Positions 8,950-17,631 of a stretch of DNA of 24,349 bases are shown here, piece after piece. The translations under genes were made by a program, and so were the position numbers. How positions within the stretch are numbered: position 1 is the first letter of the stretch; every line of letters starts with the position of its first letter. A model generated the notes under the pieces. The model ran no database searches. It had not been told where the DNA came from and saw only the letters and a program-made list of their open reading frames with translations. Source of the DNA: an uncultured Phycisphaeraceae bacterium (GTDB lineage Bacteria; Planctomycetota; Phycisphaerae; Phycisphaerales; UBA1924); contig CAYZFW010000002.1 of NCBI GenBank assembly GCA_964477615.1, positions 1 through 24,349 on the forward strand, written 5' to 3'.

Positions 8950-11313
8950 ATGACGCATCGCCGCCGTAGTTCGTTTCGGATGCTGACCGCCGGTTCGCTC
9001 GTGCTCGCCGCCGCGCTGACGGCGTCGGGTGCGACGCCTGCCCCGCTGACCATCAACCCGTTGAAGGTGGAGCGTGCGGGCGTGGCCGCGGCGCGTGGGG
9101 CGACGGTGCTGTCGGTGGACAAGGTGGCGTACGAAGCGCTGAAGGGGTTCGAGCGGGCGGTGTTCCCGGCCGTCGCGCTAGACTCGGCGCGGGCGCTGAG
9201 CGCTGATCTTGAGCTCGAGAAGATGGAAGTCTTCACGAGCGAGACGGTGTTTGTGGAGATGACCGACGCGGGCGAGGTTCGGCTGCCCCCGCCGGATATC
9301 CAGCTGTGGCGCGGGAAGGTTCGGGGCGACGCGGAGTCGAAGGTGTACCTGGCGATCACGCCGGACAACGTGCAGGGCTACATCTCGACGGGCGGCGAAC
9401 TGTTCATGATCTCCAGCGGCGAGAAGGGCGACCAGCCCACGCTGATCTACGGTGCCGGTTCTGAAGCGGCGCGGAACGTGAACATCACCGAGCCGGTGTG
9501 CGCCGGGGCCGTCGCCGGTCCGCTGGGCGACCTGCCCGCGCGCCCGAACACGGGCGAGGGCACGACCGACCGCGGCGGGTTCGTTTGCAAGCGGTTCAAC
9601 CTGGCCATCGACACCGACAACGAGTTCCGCACGCGGCTGGGCGGGACCACGCAGGCGCAGAACTACGTCGCCACCATCATGGGCGGGCTGAACGACATCT
9701 ACAACCGCGATGTCTCGATCAAGCTCAACGCGTCGTACGTCCGCATCTGGACCACCGACGACCCCTGGACGGCGGGCAGCACCGGGGCGCAGCTCGACCA
9801 GTTCGTGAGCTACTGGATCCAAAACATGGGGAGCGTGCAGCGCGATCTTGCGCACCTCATCAGCACGCGCGGGCTGGGCGGCGGCATCGCCTATCTCAAC
9901 GCCACGTGCAGCACCGGATTCGGTTACGGCGTGTCGGCCAACCTCAGCGGCTTCTTCCCTTACCCGCTGGTGAACAACGTCGGGAACAACTGGGACATCA
10001 ACGTTGTCGCCCATGAACTGGGGCACAACTTCGGCACCGGGCACACGCACGAGTCCGGCTGGTACAGCCCCGTCATCGACGGCTGCGGCAACGGCGACTG
10101 CTCCAACGCCTTTGCCCTGGGCTCCATCATGTCGTACTGCCACCTGTGCCCCGGCGGCATGGCCAACATCAAGCTCGACTTCGGGCCGCGCGTCGAGAAC
10201 ATGATCCGCTCGTGGGTGGACGGCGGGGGCAACAACTGCGGCGTGGTGCTCCCGCGCCGCAACGTCAACCCCGTCGGCGGCACCTACGAAGAAGGCGACC
10301 CCGTCAACCTCTCCGCCTCGTTCGAGACCTTCGGCCCCGCGACGTACCAGTGGCGGCGCAACGGCGTGAACCTCACGCCGGGCGGGCGGTTCATCGGCGT
10401 CAACTCGCCCAACCTCACCATCAGCCCCTCACAGCCGGGCGACTCGGGCCAGTACACGCTCGCGATCACCGCGGACTGCGGCAACCTCACGTCGCTCGCG
10501 GGCACAGTGGTGGTGAACCAGACGTGCCCGAGCGGGCAGTCGCGTCCGACGATCACCGACCCGCCCGACAGCGTGAACGCCGTGAGCGGGCAGAACGTCA
10601 ACTTCGCGGTTGCGGCGACGGGAACGGGCACGCTGAACTACCGCTGGCGCAAGGGCACAACGGACCTCTCGGATGACGCCCGCTTCAGCGGCACGGGCAC
10701 CCCGAGCATGACCATCACGGGCGTGCTGGAATCCGACGCGGGGCAGTACAACTGCGAGGTGACCGGGCCGCAGTGCGCGACGGTGTCGCAGCTGGCGACG
10801 CTGGCGGTCACGCCCCCGCCGCCCGCGCCGTTCAACCTGACGACGCCCGCCAACGGTGCGACGCAGGTGCCGGTGAACTCGTCGCTGCTGATGAACTGGG
10901 ATGCCTCGGATGGCGCGACGACGTATTCGTTCGTGCTCGACAACGACAGCAACTTCTCGTCGCCGATTGCGCAGGTGAACGACCTGACCTTCCCGGGTCT
11001 GGCGGTCTCGCCCGGCACCCTGAGCCAGAGCACCACCTACTTCTGGAAGGTCACGGCGACCAGCCCCTGGGGCGTCACCACCGGCAGCCCTGCGGTGGCC
11101 CAGTTCCGCACGTTCACCCCCGGCGGCAACTGCCGGGCCGATTGGTCGGGCGACGGCGTGGTCAACACCATCGACCTCACCCTGTTCCTGGGCCGCTTCG
11201 GCACCCAGGTCACGCCCTTCGGCGTGGGCGACACCAACGGCGACGGGATCGTGAACACGGCAGACCTGGTGGCGGTGCTGGCCGAGTTCGGGACGACGAA
11301 CTGCAACGGGTGA
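8950..11313 (+). CDS. Secreted reprolysin-like (M12) metalloprotease with prodomain, two Ig-like domains, Fn3-like and dockerin-like domains
   Basis: Zn motif [11 protein letters not shown], Met-turn [11 protein letters not shown]-set-like YQWRRNG..LTI..DSGQYT and YRWRKG..DAGQYNC. ATG 8950 has an SD-like GGGAG at 8937-8941 and is followed by a signal peptide. 787 aa. Confidence 0.9.
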   Translation: MTHRRRSSFRMLTAGSLVLAAALTASGATPAPLTINPLKVERAGVAAARGATVLSVDKVAYEALKGFERAVFPAVALDSARALSADLELEKMEVFTSETVFVEMTDAGEVRLPPPDIQLWRGKVRGDAESKVYLAITPDNVQGYISTGGELFMISSGEKGDQPTLIYGAGSEAARNVNITEPVCAGAVAGPLGDLPARPNTGEGTTDRGGFVCKRFNLAIDTDNEFRTRLGGTTQAQNYVATIMGGLNDIYNRDVSIKLNASYVRIWTTDDPWTAGSTGAQLDQFVSYWIQNMGSVQRDLAHLISTRGLGGGIAYLNATCSTGFGYGVSANLSGFFPYPLVNNVGNNWDINVVAHELGHNFGTGHTHESGWYSPVIDGCGNGDCSNAFALGSIMSYCHLCPGGMANIKLDFGPRVENMIRSWVDGGGNNCGVVLPRRNVNPVGGTYEEGDPVNLSASFETFGPATYQWRRNGVNLTPGGRFIGVNSPNLTISPSQPGDSGQYTLAITADCGNLTSLAGTVVVNQTCPSGQSRPTITDPPDSVNAVSGQNVNFAVAATGTGTLNYRWRKGTTDLSDDARFSGTGTPSMTITGVLESDAGQYNCEVTGPQCATVSQLATLAVTPPPPAPFNLTTPANGATQVPVNSSLLMNWDASDGATTYSFVLDNDSNFSSPIAQVNDLTFPGLAVSPGTLSQSTTYFWKVTATSPWGVTTGSPAVAQFRTFTPGGNCRADWSGDGVVNTIDLTLFLGRFGTQVTPFGVGDTNGDGIVNTADLVAVLAEFGTTNCNG

Positions 11314-11345
11314 GCATCCCGCTGGATGACTCGCTCTCTGCTGGT

Positions 11346-11398
11346 GCCCCCCAACGGCGTTGTCGCGCTCCCGGTTCGCGTGTCGGGGGCTTTTCTTT
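11346..11398 (+). terminator. Possible intrinsic terminator after the protease cluster
   Basis: GCCCCC (11346-51) pairs with GGGGGC (11385-90), followed by TTTTCTTT. The loop is long and branched, so the structure is atypical. Confidence 0.35.
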
Positions 11399-11576
11399 CG
11401 GCTGCCTCAGCCCCTCGCATTCTCCCGCTCGACAACCGCAGTGTTCAGCGATAGGGTGCATTGACCTGCGGGCTGTCCCACGGCCGAGGCAGCGCTGCTT
11501 CATCCGCAAACCAGCGCCTGCGCCGCGATATTGGTCGGCGTGCGGAGATTCGGCCCCAGAATCAAAGGAGAGTGCC

Positions 11577-12482
11577 TTGCGGTACGACCGTGTCGTTCAG
11601 GGTGACTGTGTCGCGGGTATGCGCTCGCTGCCCGATTCGATGATCAACCTCGTCTTCGCCGACCCACCGTTCAACATCGGTTACAAGTACGACTCGTACC
11701 ATGACCGAAAGCCGCCCCGGGAGTATCTGGACTGGTGCGGGACCTGGATGTCGGAGATCCACCGGGTGCTGAAGGCGGACGGCGCGTTCTGGCTCGCGAT
11801 CGGCGACGAGTACGCGGCCGAGCTCAAAGTCCGCGCGACGCACGATGTCGGGTTCTACTGCCGCAGCTGGGTGGTGTGGCACTACACGTTCGGCGTCCAT
11901 TGCACCGAGAAGTTCACCCGATCGCACGCGCACCTGTTCCACTTTGTGAAGAACCCCGAACGGTTCACCTTTAACTCAGATGCCATCCGGGTGCCCTCCG
12001 CCCGACAACTGATCTACGCCGACCGCAGGGCCAACCCCGCGGGCCGGGTACCGGATGACACGTGGATACTCCGACCGCAGAGCGTCCCCGAAGGATTCGC
12101 ACCGGACCACGATACGTGGCACGTTCCCCGAGTCTGTGGAACGTTCAAGGAACGCCAGGGATTCCACGGCTGCCAGATGCCGGAACAGATTCTCGGGCGA
12201 ATCATCCGCGCTTGCTCGAACAATGACGACATCGTCATGGACCCGTTCGCGGGCAGCGGAACGACGCTCGCGGTCGCGAAGAAGCTCGGGCGCCGCTACC
12301 TCGGGTTTGAGCTCTCCGAGAACTACGCGGAGCAGGTTCAGTCACGGTTGGGTGGGGTGCACAAGGGCGATGCACTCGATGGAGGCGACGGGCTCCCGCC
12401 ATTGCCGACCGGCTTGCCGAGTGTCAAGGTGCCTCCGCGAAAGAAATCGAAGAAGACTCCGATCCCGATCGAAGCCAAGTGA
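11577..12482 (+). CDS. Orphan beta-class N4/N6 DNA methyltransferase
   Basis: Catalytic DPPF near the N-terminus and SAM-binding DPFAGSGTT near the C-terminus (beta order); [17 protein letters not shown] start 11577 with AGGAG at 11566-70. The listed 10773 start is a shadow extension over the protease gene. 301 aa. Confidence 0.93.
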   Translation: MRYDRVVQGDCVAGMRSLPDSMINLVFADPPFNIGYKYDSYHDRKPPREYLDWCGTWMSEIHRVLKADGAFWLAIGDEYAAELKVRATHDVGFYCRSWVVWHYTFGVHCTEKFTRSHAHLFHFVKNPERFTFNSDAIRVPSARQLIYADRRANPAGRVPDDTWILRPQSVPEGFAPDHDTWHVPRVCGTFKERQGFHGCQMPEQILGRIIRACSNNDDIVMDPFAGSGTTLAVAKKLGRRYLGFELSENYAEQVQSRLGGVHKGDALDGGDGLPPLPTGLPSVKVPPRKKSKKTPIPIEAK

Positions 12483-12499
12483 ATCACGCGGCGGCATTC

Positions 12500-13399
12500 T
12501 CATGCCCCGAGCCATGGAAACTCGCGCCGGAGCATCGGCTCTTCGCGGCGGGTCGGTGAACGGGCCTGCGCTCCTTCGGTCTCCCTGCGCACCGCGCGGT
12601 CGGATCGCTCTTGGCTCTTCGCCACGCCGAGAGCAACCCGCAGCGAGTTGAGAATCACACCGGTGCGGGCCGCGCCGATCTCGATGGCTTGACGCGTCAT
12701 CAAAGCCTGGTTCATTTCGATCTCGATCCCCGCGTATGAACGGAGCGGGAACCGCTTTCTGAGCCGGGTCGTCAGCCCGTCGGCGGTTCCGAGATAGGGG
12801 TAGTTCCGTCGCACACGCATTGAGGGTGTCGAGCGCCGTCCACCATCTGCCACGTGAGCATCCCGCAGAGCGTCGATCCACAGGTCGCACGTCACACGCT
12901 CCAGCGGGCGACGCGGGTCGTAGAGCAGCGCGAAGTCCGCGGTGCGGACCTCGCCGTTCAGCACCGGCGTGAAGGAGTGTACCCCAAGGTGCAGCACCAC
13001 GCCGCCCGCCTCAATCTCACCGCTCACCAGCGCCTCGATCTTCTGCCAGTGCGGTGTGTGCAATCGGTCGATGAGCATCGCCCGCTCGATCTCGCTGAGA
13101 GGCGACATGAACTCGGACGTCACCCCGCCGCGCCGGTTCCAAGGGGAGCGGTTGAGATCGCACACCAGCCGTGAATGCGTGCCGAGAATGGGCGATGTGT
13201 GGAAGGCGCGGGCGATCGCACGCGCCAGCGGGGCCGCGCCGGGGTCCCACCCGCGGTGCGAGTTCAGCGCCTTCTTCGCTGCGGCGGAGCGGAAAAGGTG
13301 CGCGTACGCCCGCGGCACCGCGTTGGTCGCGTGCTCGCAGCTCACGACGATCTTCGTGAACGGCAGTGAGCGGGCGAGTGGTTTGAGACGTCGGCCCAT
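12500..13399 (-). CDS. N-formylglutamate amidohydrolase family protein (Zn carboxypeptidase-like fold)
   Basis: SCEHA, RGWDPGA, SRLVCDLNR, VHSFTP, EIEMN motifs. Start is either ATG 13399 or ATG 13513 (ATGA overlap with the upstream stop). Confidence 0.88.
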   Translation of the reverse strand: MGRRLKPLARSLPFTKIVVSCEHATNAVPRAYAHLFRSAAAKKALNSHRGWDPGAAPLARAIARAFHTSPILGTHSRLVCDLNRSPWNRRGGVTSEFMSPLSEIERAMLIDRLHTPHWQKIEALVSGEIEAGGVVLHLGVHSFTPVLNGEVRTADFALLYDPRRPLERVTCDLWIDALRDAHVADGGRRSTPSMRVRRNYPYLGTADGLTTRLRKRFPLRSYAGIEIEMNQALMTRQAIEIGAARTGVILNSLRVALGVAKSQERSDRAVRRETEGAQARSPTRREEPMLRREFPWLGA

Positions 13400-13509
13400 C
13401 GGAGTGGTTTGTGGTTGCCGGGTGCCGGGGTACACGTCCGCGTGTGCCCCTATCTGTGCCAGTTTCGCGGCGGGGCACGGCGAGGACGCCGTACCCCGGC
13501 ACCCGAGAT

Positions 13510-14787
13510 TCATGTGTGGTGCATGCCGGTGAACATCCGACCTTCACTCAGGCAGTGCGCCAGCCGGTCGTACGTCTTGAGCAGGGTCGTCTGGTCCGGG
13601 CTTGCCCCGAGCGACCGCGACAGCCGGCGTGCCAGCGTGCCCTGCTCAAGGATCACCCCCAGGCACTCACGGTCCCCCGGCGTCAGGTGGTCCGCCGCCG
13701 CGGATTCGAGATGCCGCCACAGGTCCCGCGCCGTCACCGACTTCCCACCCGCACCGGGCGCGAAGCCCCACGCCTTCAGGTACTCCGCGTCGTCGATCAC
13801 CGCCTCGTCGGCGTGCCTCAGGCACTTCAGGAAGATCGCTTCGAGTCGGTCGACCGTCCACGACTTCTGCTGTTCGAGCGTCGCCCACCGCCCGCGCACC
13901 GCGTCTTTCAGCGTCTGCACAATCAGCGCCACCATCGCGAGGTCGGCGCGCGGGCACTCCTGCACGTCCAGCACGCGGATCTCGATGCTGCCGCGAGAGA
14001 ACCGCGCGATGGCCCCGCGCGCGTTGGCCCACTCGTGGCGCAGCACACCCTCGGGGTCGAGCGGCTCGAGGTCCTTGTAGATGCGCTGGAACACCTGACG
14101 GTCGTAGTCTGCGTGCGTGAACACCTGCTCGGGGATCACCCTGCCGGTCATGCTCGGCAGTTTCCGTGAGTTCGTCCGGTACACCTCGAGCCGGTTGTCC
14201 ATCAGCCCCGTCACCCGTCCCTCCATCACCGGCGAGCTCGCCGCCAGCGCGGGCAGGATCGGCAGGATCATCCGGATCGCGGCGTGGAGCTGGGCAAACT
14301 CCGCGTCGCCGCGAAACGGCAGGTTGATGTGAACGCTCTGTAGATTCGCCCACCCGTGGCCCTTGCACCCGAAGATGCGGTCGAAGGTGCTGTACACCTC
14401 GCTGTAGTTGTGCGGCCACAGCACCATTTCTTTGTCCGGGTTCATCCACGGGTGCATGCCGCCCGGCATGAGGCGGGCGTGCATGGGTGCCAGCAGGGTG
14501 TTGATGCGCTCGACAGACTCATCGAAGATCGCCCCAAGCCCCATCAGGGTGCGTGCTGGTTCGACGGTCTTCATCTCGATCACGTGCAGCGCGAGCTCGT
14601 TCGACCACTCGGCGCCCTCGAACTCGAAGTCTGTTGGCTGGTCGCCGTCGAGGCTCGATCCCGCCTCGACCGCCGCCTGCAGCAGCAGCTTGTCGGCGAT
14701 CGGGCGCACGTCGAGTGTGGCGCGGTCGGCGATGATGTACTCCAGTTCCACACCCACCGCCTCGAAGAGTCCGTAAGGAGTGCTCAC
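13510..14787 (-). CDS. Glutamate--cysteine ligase family 2 (GCS2) carboxylate-amine ligase
   Basis: GVELEY, NELALHVIE, GMHPW, QSVHIN and IEIRVLD motifs. GTGA overlap with the upstream stop. 425 aa. Confidence 0.9.
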   Translation of the reverse strand: MSTPYGLFEAVGVELEYIIADRATLDVRPIADKLLLQAAVEAGSSLDGDQPTDFEFEGAEWSNELALHVIEMKTVEPARTLMGLGAIFDESVERINTLLAPMHARLMPGGMHPWMNPDKEMVLWPHNYSEVYSTFDRIFGCKGHGWANLQSVHINLPFRGDAEFAQLHAAIRMILPILPALAASSPVMEGRVTGLMDNRLEVYRTNSRKLPSMTGRVIPEQVFTHADYDRQVFQRIYKDLEPLDPEGVLRHEWANARGAIARFSRGSIEIRVLDVQECPRADLAMVALIVQTLKDAVRGRWATLEQQKSWTVDRLEAIFLKCLRHADEAVIDDAEYLKAWGFAPGAGGKSVTARDLWRHLESAAADHLTPGDRECLGVILEQGTLARRLSRSLGASPDQTTLLKTYDRLAHCLSEGRMFTGMHHT

Positions 14788-16256
14788 GGGTTCACCTTGC
14801 CTTCCTTGATGCGCTTCACGCGGTCCATGAGCGACTGCATGATCGTCAGAAACAGCCCCTCGCCCATGATGACGTCCTCGTAGCCGTGGTCGACGTTGGG
14901 GTTGTCGTTGATCTCGATCATGTACACGCTCTGGTCGATCTGCTTCATGTCCACGCCGTACAGGCCGTCCCCGATCAGGTTCGCCGCCCGCACGGCGGTG
15001 TTCAGCACCTTCTTCGGCACCAGGTCCAGCGGCACCGCCTCGGTCTTGCCGTAGTCCTTCTCGCCCTTCTTCCCGCTGCTGACGATCTGCCAGTGCCCCT
15101 TGGCCATGTGGTACCGGCAGGCAAAGAGCGGCTTGCGGTCGAGCACGCCGATGCGCCAGTCAAAGGCACTGGGGAGGAACTCCTGAGCGATCACCAGGTC
15201 GCTCTTCTCAAGGAATAAGTCGAGTTCCTTCTCCAATTTGTCCGCGTCCGTGACCTTGATCACGCCCTGGCTGAACGAACTGTCGGGCCGCTTCAGCACG
15301 CACGGGATGCCCAGTTTCTCCCGCACTTCGTGCTTGTTCTCCCGGTGAACAACCAGCGTCTTGGGGCACGGCACGTCGTTGGTCTCGAACAGTTCGTGCA
15401 GGTACACCTTGTTCGAGCAGCGCAGGATCGAGGTTGGATCATCGATGACGGCCAGCCCCTCGGCCGCCGCGCGCCGGGCGAAGCGGTAGGTGTGGTGGTT
15501 CACCGCCGTGGTCTCGCGGATGAACAGCGCGTCGAACTCGGCGATCTTCCCGTAGTCGTCGCGGTCGATCATCTCGACGTTGAAACCCACCTGCTTGGCC
15601 GCCTTCTGGAAATGCTTGATCGACGTCATCGTCGACGGCTTGTCCTCCACCTCGGCGTTGTACAGGATCGCCAGGTCGTAGCCCTTCTCCTGCGGCTTGC
15701 CGCGGATCTTCTTCCGCCCCGAGAAGTACTCGCCCGCCGCCCACTCGACAAACGATCGGTGCAGGTCGGGGATCTCGCCCGCCGCGACCGCTTCCAGGCT
15801 CTCGAGGTGCCACCGACCGCCCTCGAAGTTGAACTCCGCTCGCAGCAGCGGCGTGGGGAACAGGTTGAACAGCGCCTTGCACAACCGGTCGTACCGCTTG
15901 GCCATGTTCTGACCGAAGTACACGCTCAGCGTGAAACTCGTCGACTGGATGTGCGACAGGCTCGGCTGGATCACGTCCTCAAGGTCCTCCGCCGCAAAGC
16001 GGATCATCGACAGGCTCTTGAGGTCCTGGATGGTCGTCACACTGGGCAGCGGCTTGTGACCCCGCGCCTCGGCCAGCAGACTGACGTAGTACCCCAGCGC
16101 CTGATACCGGTGGCTCTTGCACAGATTGAACACCTTCACCCCGCGCTCGTCGGCATATGAGGGGTCGGTGAGGTACTTCCGCGCCGAGACGACCCCAACG
16201 CCGGGGATATCGAGCGGCCACGTCTCGGGGTTGTCGGTCACGATCAGGACGGACAT
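14784..16256 (-). CDS. RimK-like ATP-grasp ligase with N-terminal RLAN domain
   Basis: N-terminal NLCKSHRYQALGYYVSLLAEARGH (RLAN-type); ATP-grasp motifs VLKRPDSSFSQGV, QEFL, DWRIGV, YGVDMK, IEINDNP. 490 aa. Confidence 0.92.
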   Translation of the reverse strand: MSVLIVTDNPETWPLDIPGVGVVSARKYLTDPSYADERGVKVFNLCKSHRYQALGYYVSLLAEARGHKPLPSVTTIQDLKSLSMIRFAAEDLEDVIQPSLSHIQSTSFTLSVYFGQNMAKRYDRLCKALFNLFPTPLLRAEFNFEGGRWHLESLEAVAAGEIPDLHRSFVEWAAGEYFSGRKKIRGKPQEKGYDLAILYNAEVEDKPSTMTSIKHFQKAAKQVGFNVEMIDRDDYGKIAEFDALFIRETTAVNHHTYRFARRAAAEGLAVIDDPTSILRCSNKVYLHELFETNDVPCPKTLVVHRENKHEVREKLGIPCVLKRPDSSFSQGVIKVTDADKLEKELDLFLEKSDLVIAQEFLPSAFDWRIGVLDRKPLFACRYHMAKGHWQIVSSGKKGEKDYGKTEAVPLDLVPKKVLNTAVRAANLIGDGLYGVDMKQIDQSVYMIEINDNPNVDHGYEDVIMGEGLFLTIMQSLMDRVKRIKEGKVNP

Positions 16257-16260
16257 GGGT

Positions 16261-17091
16261 TCAGGTCTTTCGCTTGGATTTCTTGGTGCGGGCGGGCGAG
16301 AGCGAGCGGTGTCTGCGGCGAGCGCTCGCGGCCGGAGTCATCGTTGGCGCATCGCCTCGCGCCGCCGCCAGCCCCGGCCCCGGCTCGATCACCAGCAGGT
16401 TCGCGTCGTACGTCAGGATCCCCAGCAGGATCGAACAAATCAGCCGGTCCATCCCAACTTCGTACACATGACTATTGAACGGCGGGTTGGGCTCCAGCGG
16501 GTCCGCCACGCTCACCGTGTTCGCCTCGGCGTCGTGACCGAACAACACCACAAAGTGCCCCGCCGGATCGCCACGCACGTCGTCGTCGTCGTACCGCGGG
16601 CCGTACTCCCGCGGCGTGCGGTATAGGTATGTCGACGACAGCCCCGTCAGCACCGGCCTCCCGTCACGCAGGTACCGCGTGATCAGCCCCGGTGTGAGGT
16701 CCTGGAAGTCCACTTTCCCGCCCAGATCAATGAACTCCAGATACGCCCTGATCTCCGCCTTCAGCCGCTTGCCCTTCTTGGCCTTCATCCGCCCCCGCAG
16801 TTTCTTCGCGAGGTCCACCGGCTTTTCACCCGCCGGCGTTTCGGCGAACCACGTCGGGTCGAACACCTCAAGGTTGTACGTGTGGATCGAGGCCCGGTAC
16901 CCCCGCCGCAGCGCGTGGCACGCGAGCATCACCGCCAGCGTGCCCCCCCAGCGCAGGCGCGCCGCCTCCTTCATCACCCTGGCCAGCGGGATGTCGTCGC
17001 CGTAGTAGCGGTACACGCTGTGCAGGCACGTGGGGCCGCAGGCGGTGCCGTCGGGCTGCTTCAGGATGTCGAGTTTCAGCCGGTTTTCCAC
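16261..17091 (-). CDS. Stand-alone papain-like (C39-like) cysteine peptidase
   Basis: Q..CGPTCL (oxyanion Gln, catalytic Cys), GHFVVL (His), VADP (Asp). GTG 17091 is chosen because the 17151 start overlaps the thioredoxin gene. No signal peptide visible. 276 aa. Confidence 0.85.
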   Translation of the reverse strand: MENRLKLDILKQPDGTACGPTCLHSVYRYYGDDIPLARVMKEAARLRWGGTLAVMLACHALRRGYRASIHTYNLEVFDPTWFAETPAGEKPVDLAKKLRGRMKAKKGKRLKAEIRAYLEFIDLGGKVDFQDLTPGLITRYLRDGRPVLTGLSSTYLYRTPREYGPRYDDDDVRGDPAGHFVVLFGHDAEANTVSVADPLEPNPPFNSHVYEVGMDRLICSILLGILTYDANLLVIEPGPGLAAARGDAPTMTPAASARRRHRSLSPARTKKSKRKT

Positions 17092-17132
17092 GCGCCGCCC
17101 AGTGTAATGCAGCGCCCGCCGGCCACAATCAC

Positions 17133-17606
17133 TCACAGCCCCCGCAGCCACTCCAGCATCTCGTCCGCCGACTTGGCGCCCATGGACCGCGCCACCTCCA
17201 CGCCGTCCCGCACCGCGATCACCGTCGGCATCGCCTCGATGTTGAAGTGCCGGGCAAGCTCCGGCTGCTTGTCCACATCAAACTGGAACGCCACGGCGTT
17301 CTGATTCAGCCATGACGTGACTTCTCGGTCGGGCCAGGTCCGGGCGTCCATCGCCTTGCAAGGCCCGCACCAGGAGGCCATCGCGTCCACGATCAGCAGC
17401 TTGCCGTTCTGCGAGGCCTTGGCCGAAGCCTGCTCGAACGACACATCCACGAAAACCTCCGGGCGCGAAGCCCAGAAAGGCATCCGCCACGCGAAGAACG
17501 CCACCAGAAGCAGCAACACCGCCAGTGGGAACAGCCACGGCTTGATCCGCGCTTCGTAGAACGACGGTTTGGGGAACGTCAGCGGTGCGTCATCGAGCTG
17601 GTTCAT
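17133..17606 (-). CDS. Membrane-anchored thioredoxin-family protein
   Basis: WCGPC active site, NIEAMPTVI (cis-Pro loop), N-terminal hydrophobic helix WLFPLAVLLLLVAFFAW. ATG 17606. 157 aa. Confidence 0.9.
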   Translation of the reverse strand: MNQLDDAPLTFPKPSFYEARIKPWLFPLAVLLLLVAFFAWRMPFWASRPEVFVDVSFEQASAKASQNGKLLIVDAMASWCGPCKAMDARTWPDREVTSWLNQNAVAFQFDVDKQPELARHFNIEAMPTVIAVRDGVEVARSMGAKSADEMLEWLRGL

Positions 17607-17631
17607 GCGGTCCTCCGGTTCCAACCTCGGC

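Noticed and set aside
3714-10143. Long antisense or alternate-frame ORFs (3714..5285-, 6651..8453-, 7418..8350-, 9178..10143-; also 19006..19980- and the Ser/Thr/Pro-rich ORFs at 55..909- and 1069..1641-)
   Set aside because: Shadow ORFs typical of high-GC DNA: Arg/Pro/Ser-rich or mirror-codon products with no motifs, overlapping well-supported genes.
10773-11576. Apparent 569-aa N-terminally extended methyltransferase
   Set aside because: The extension overlaps the M12 protease in another frame and crosses a possible terminator. A clear SD + TTG exists at 11577.
14784-17091. Graspetide/RiPP cluster (ATP-grasp + C39 peptidase)
   Set aside because: No precursor-like short ORF or ABC exporter nearby. 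The ligase is RLAN-RimK type and the peptidase is not transporter-fused.
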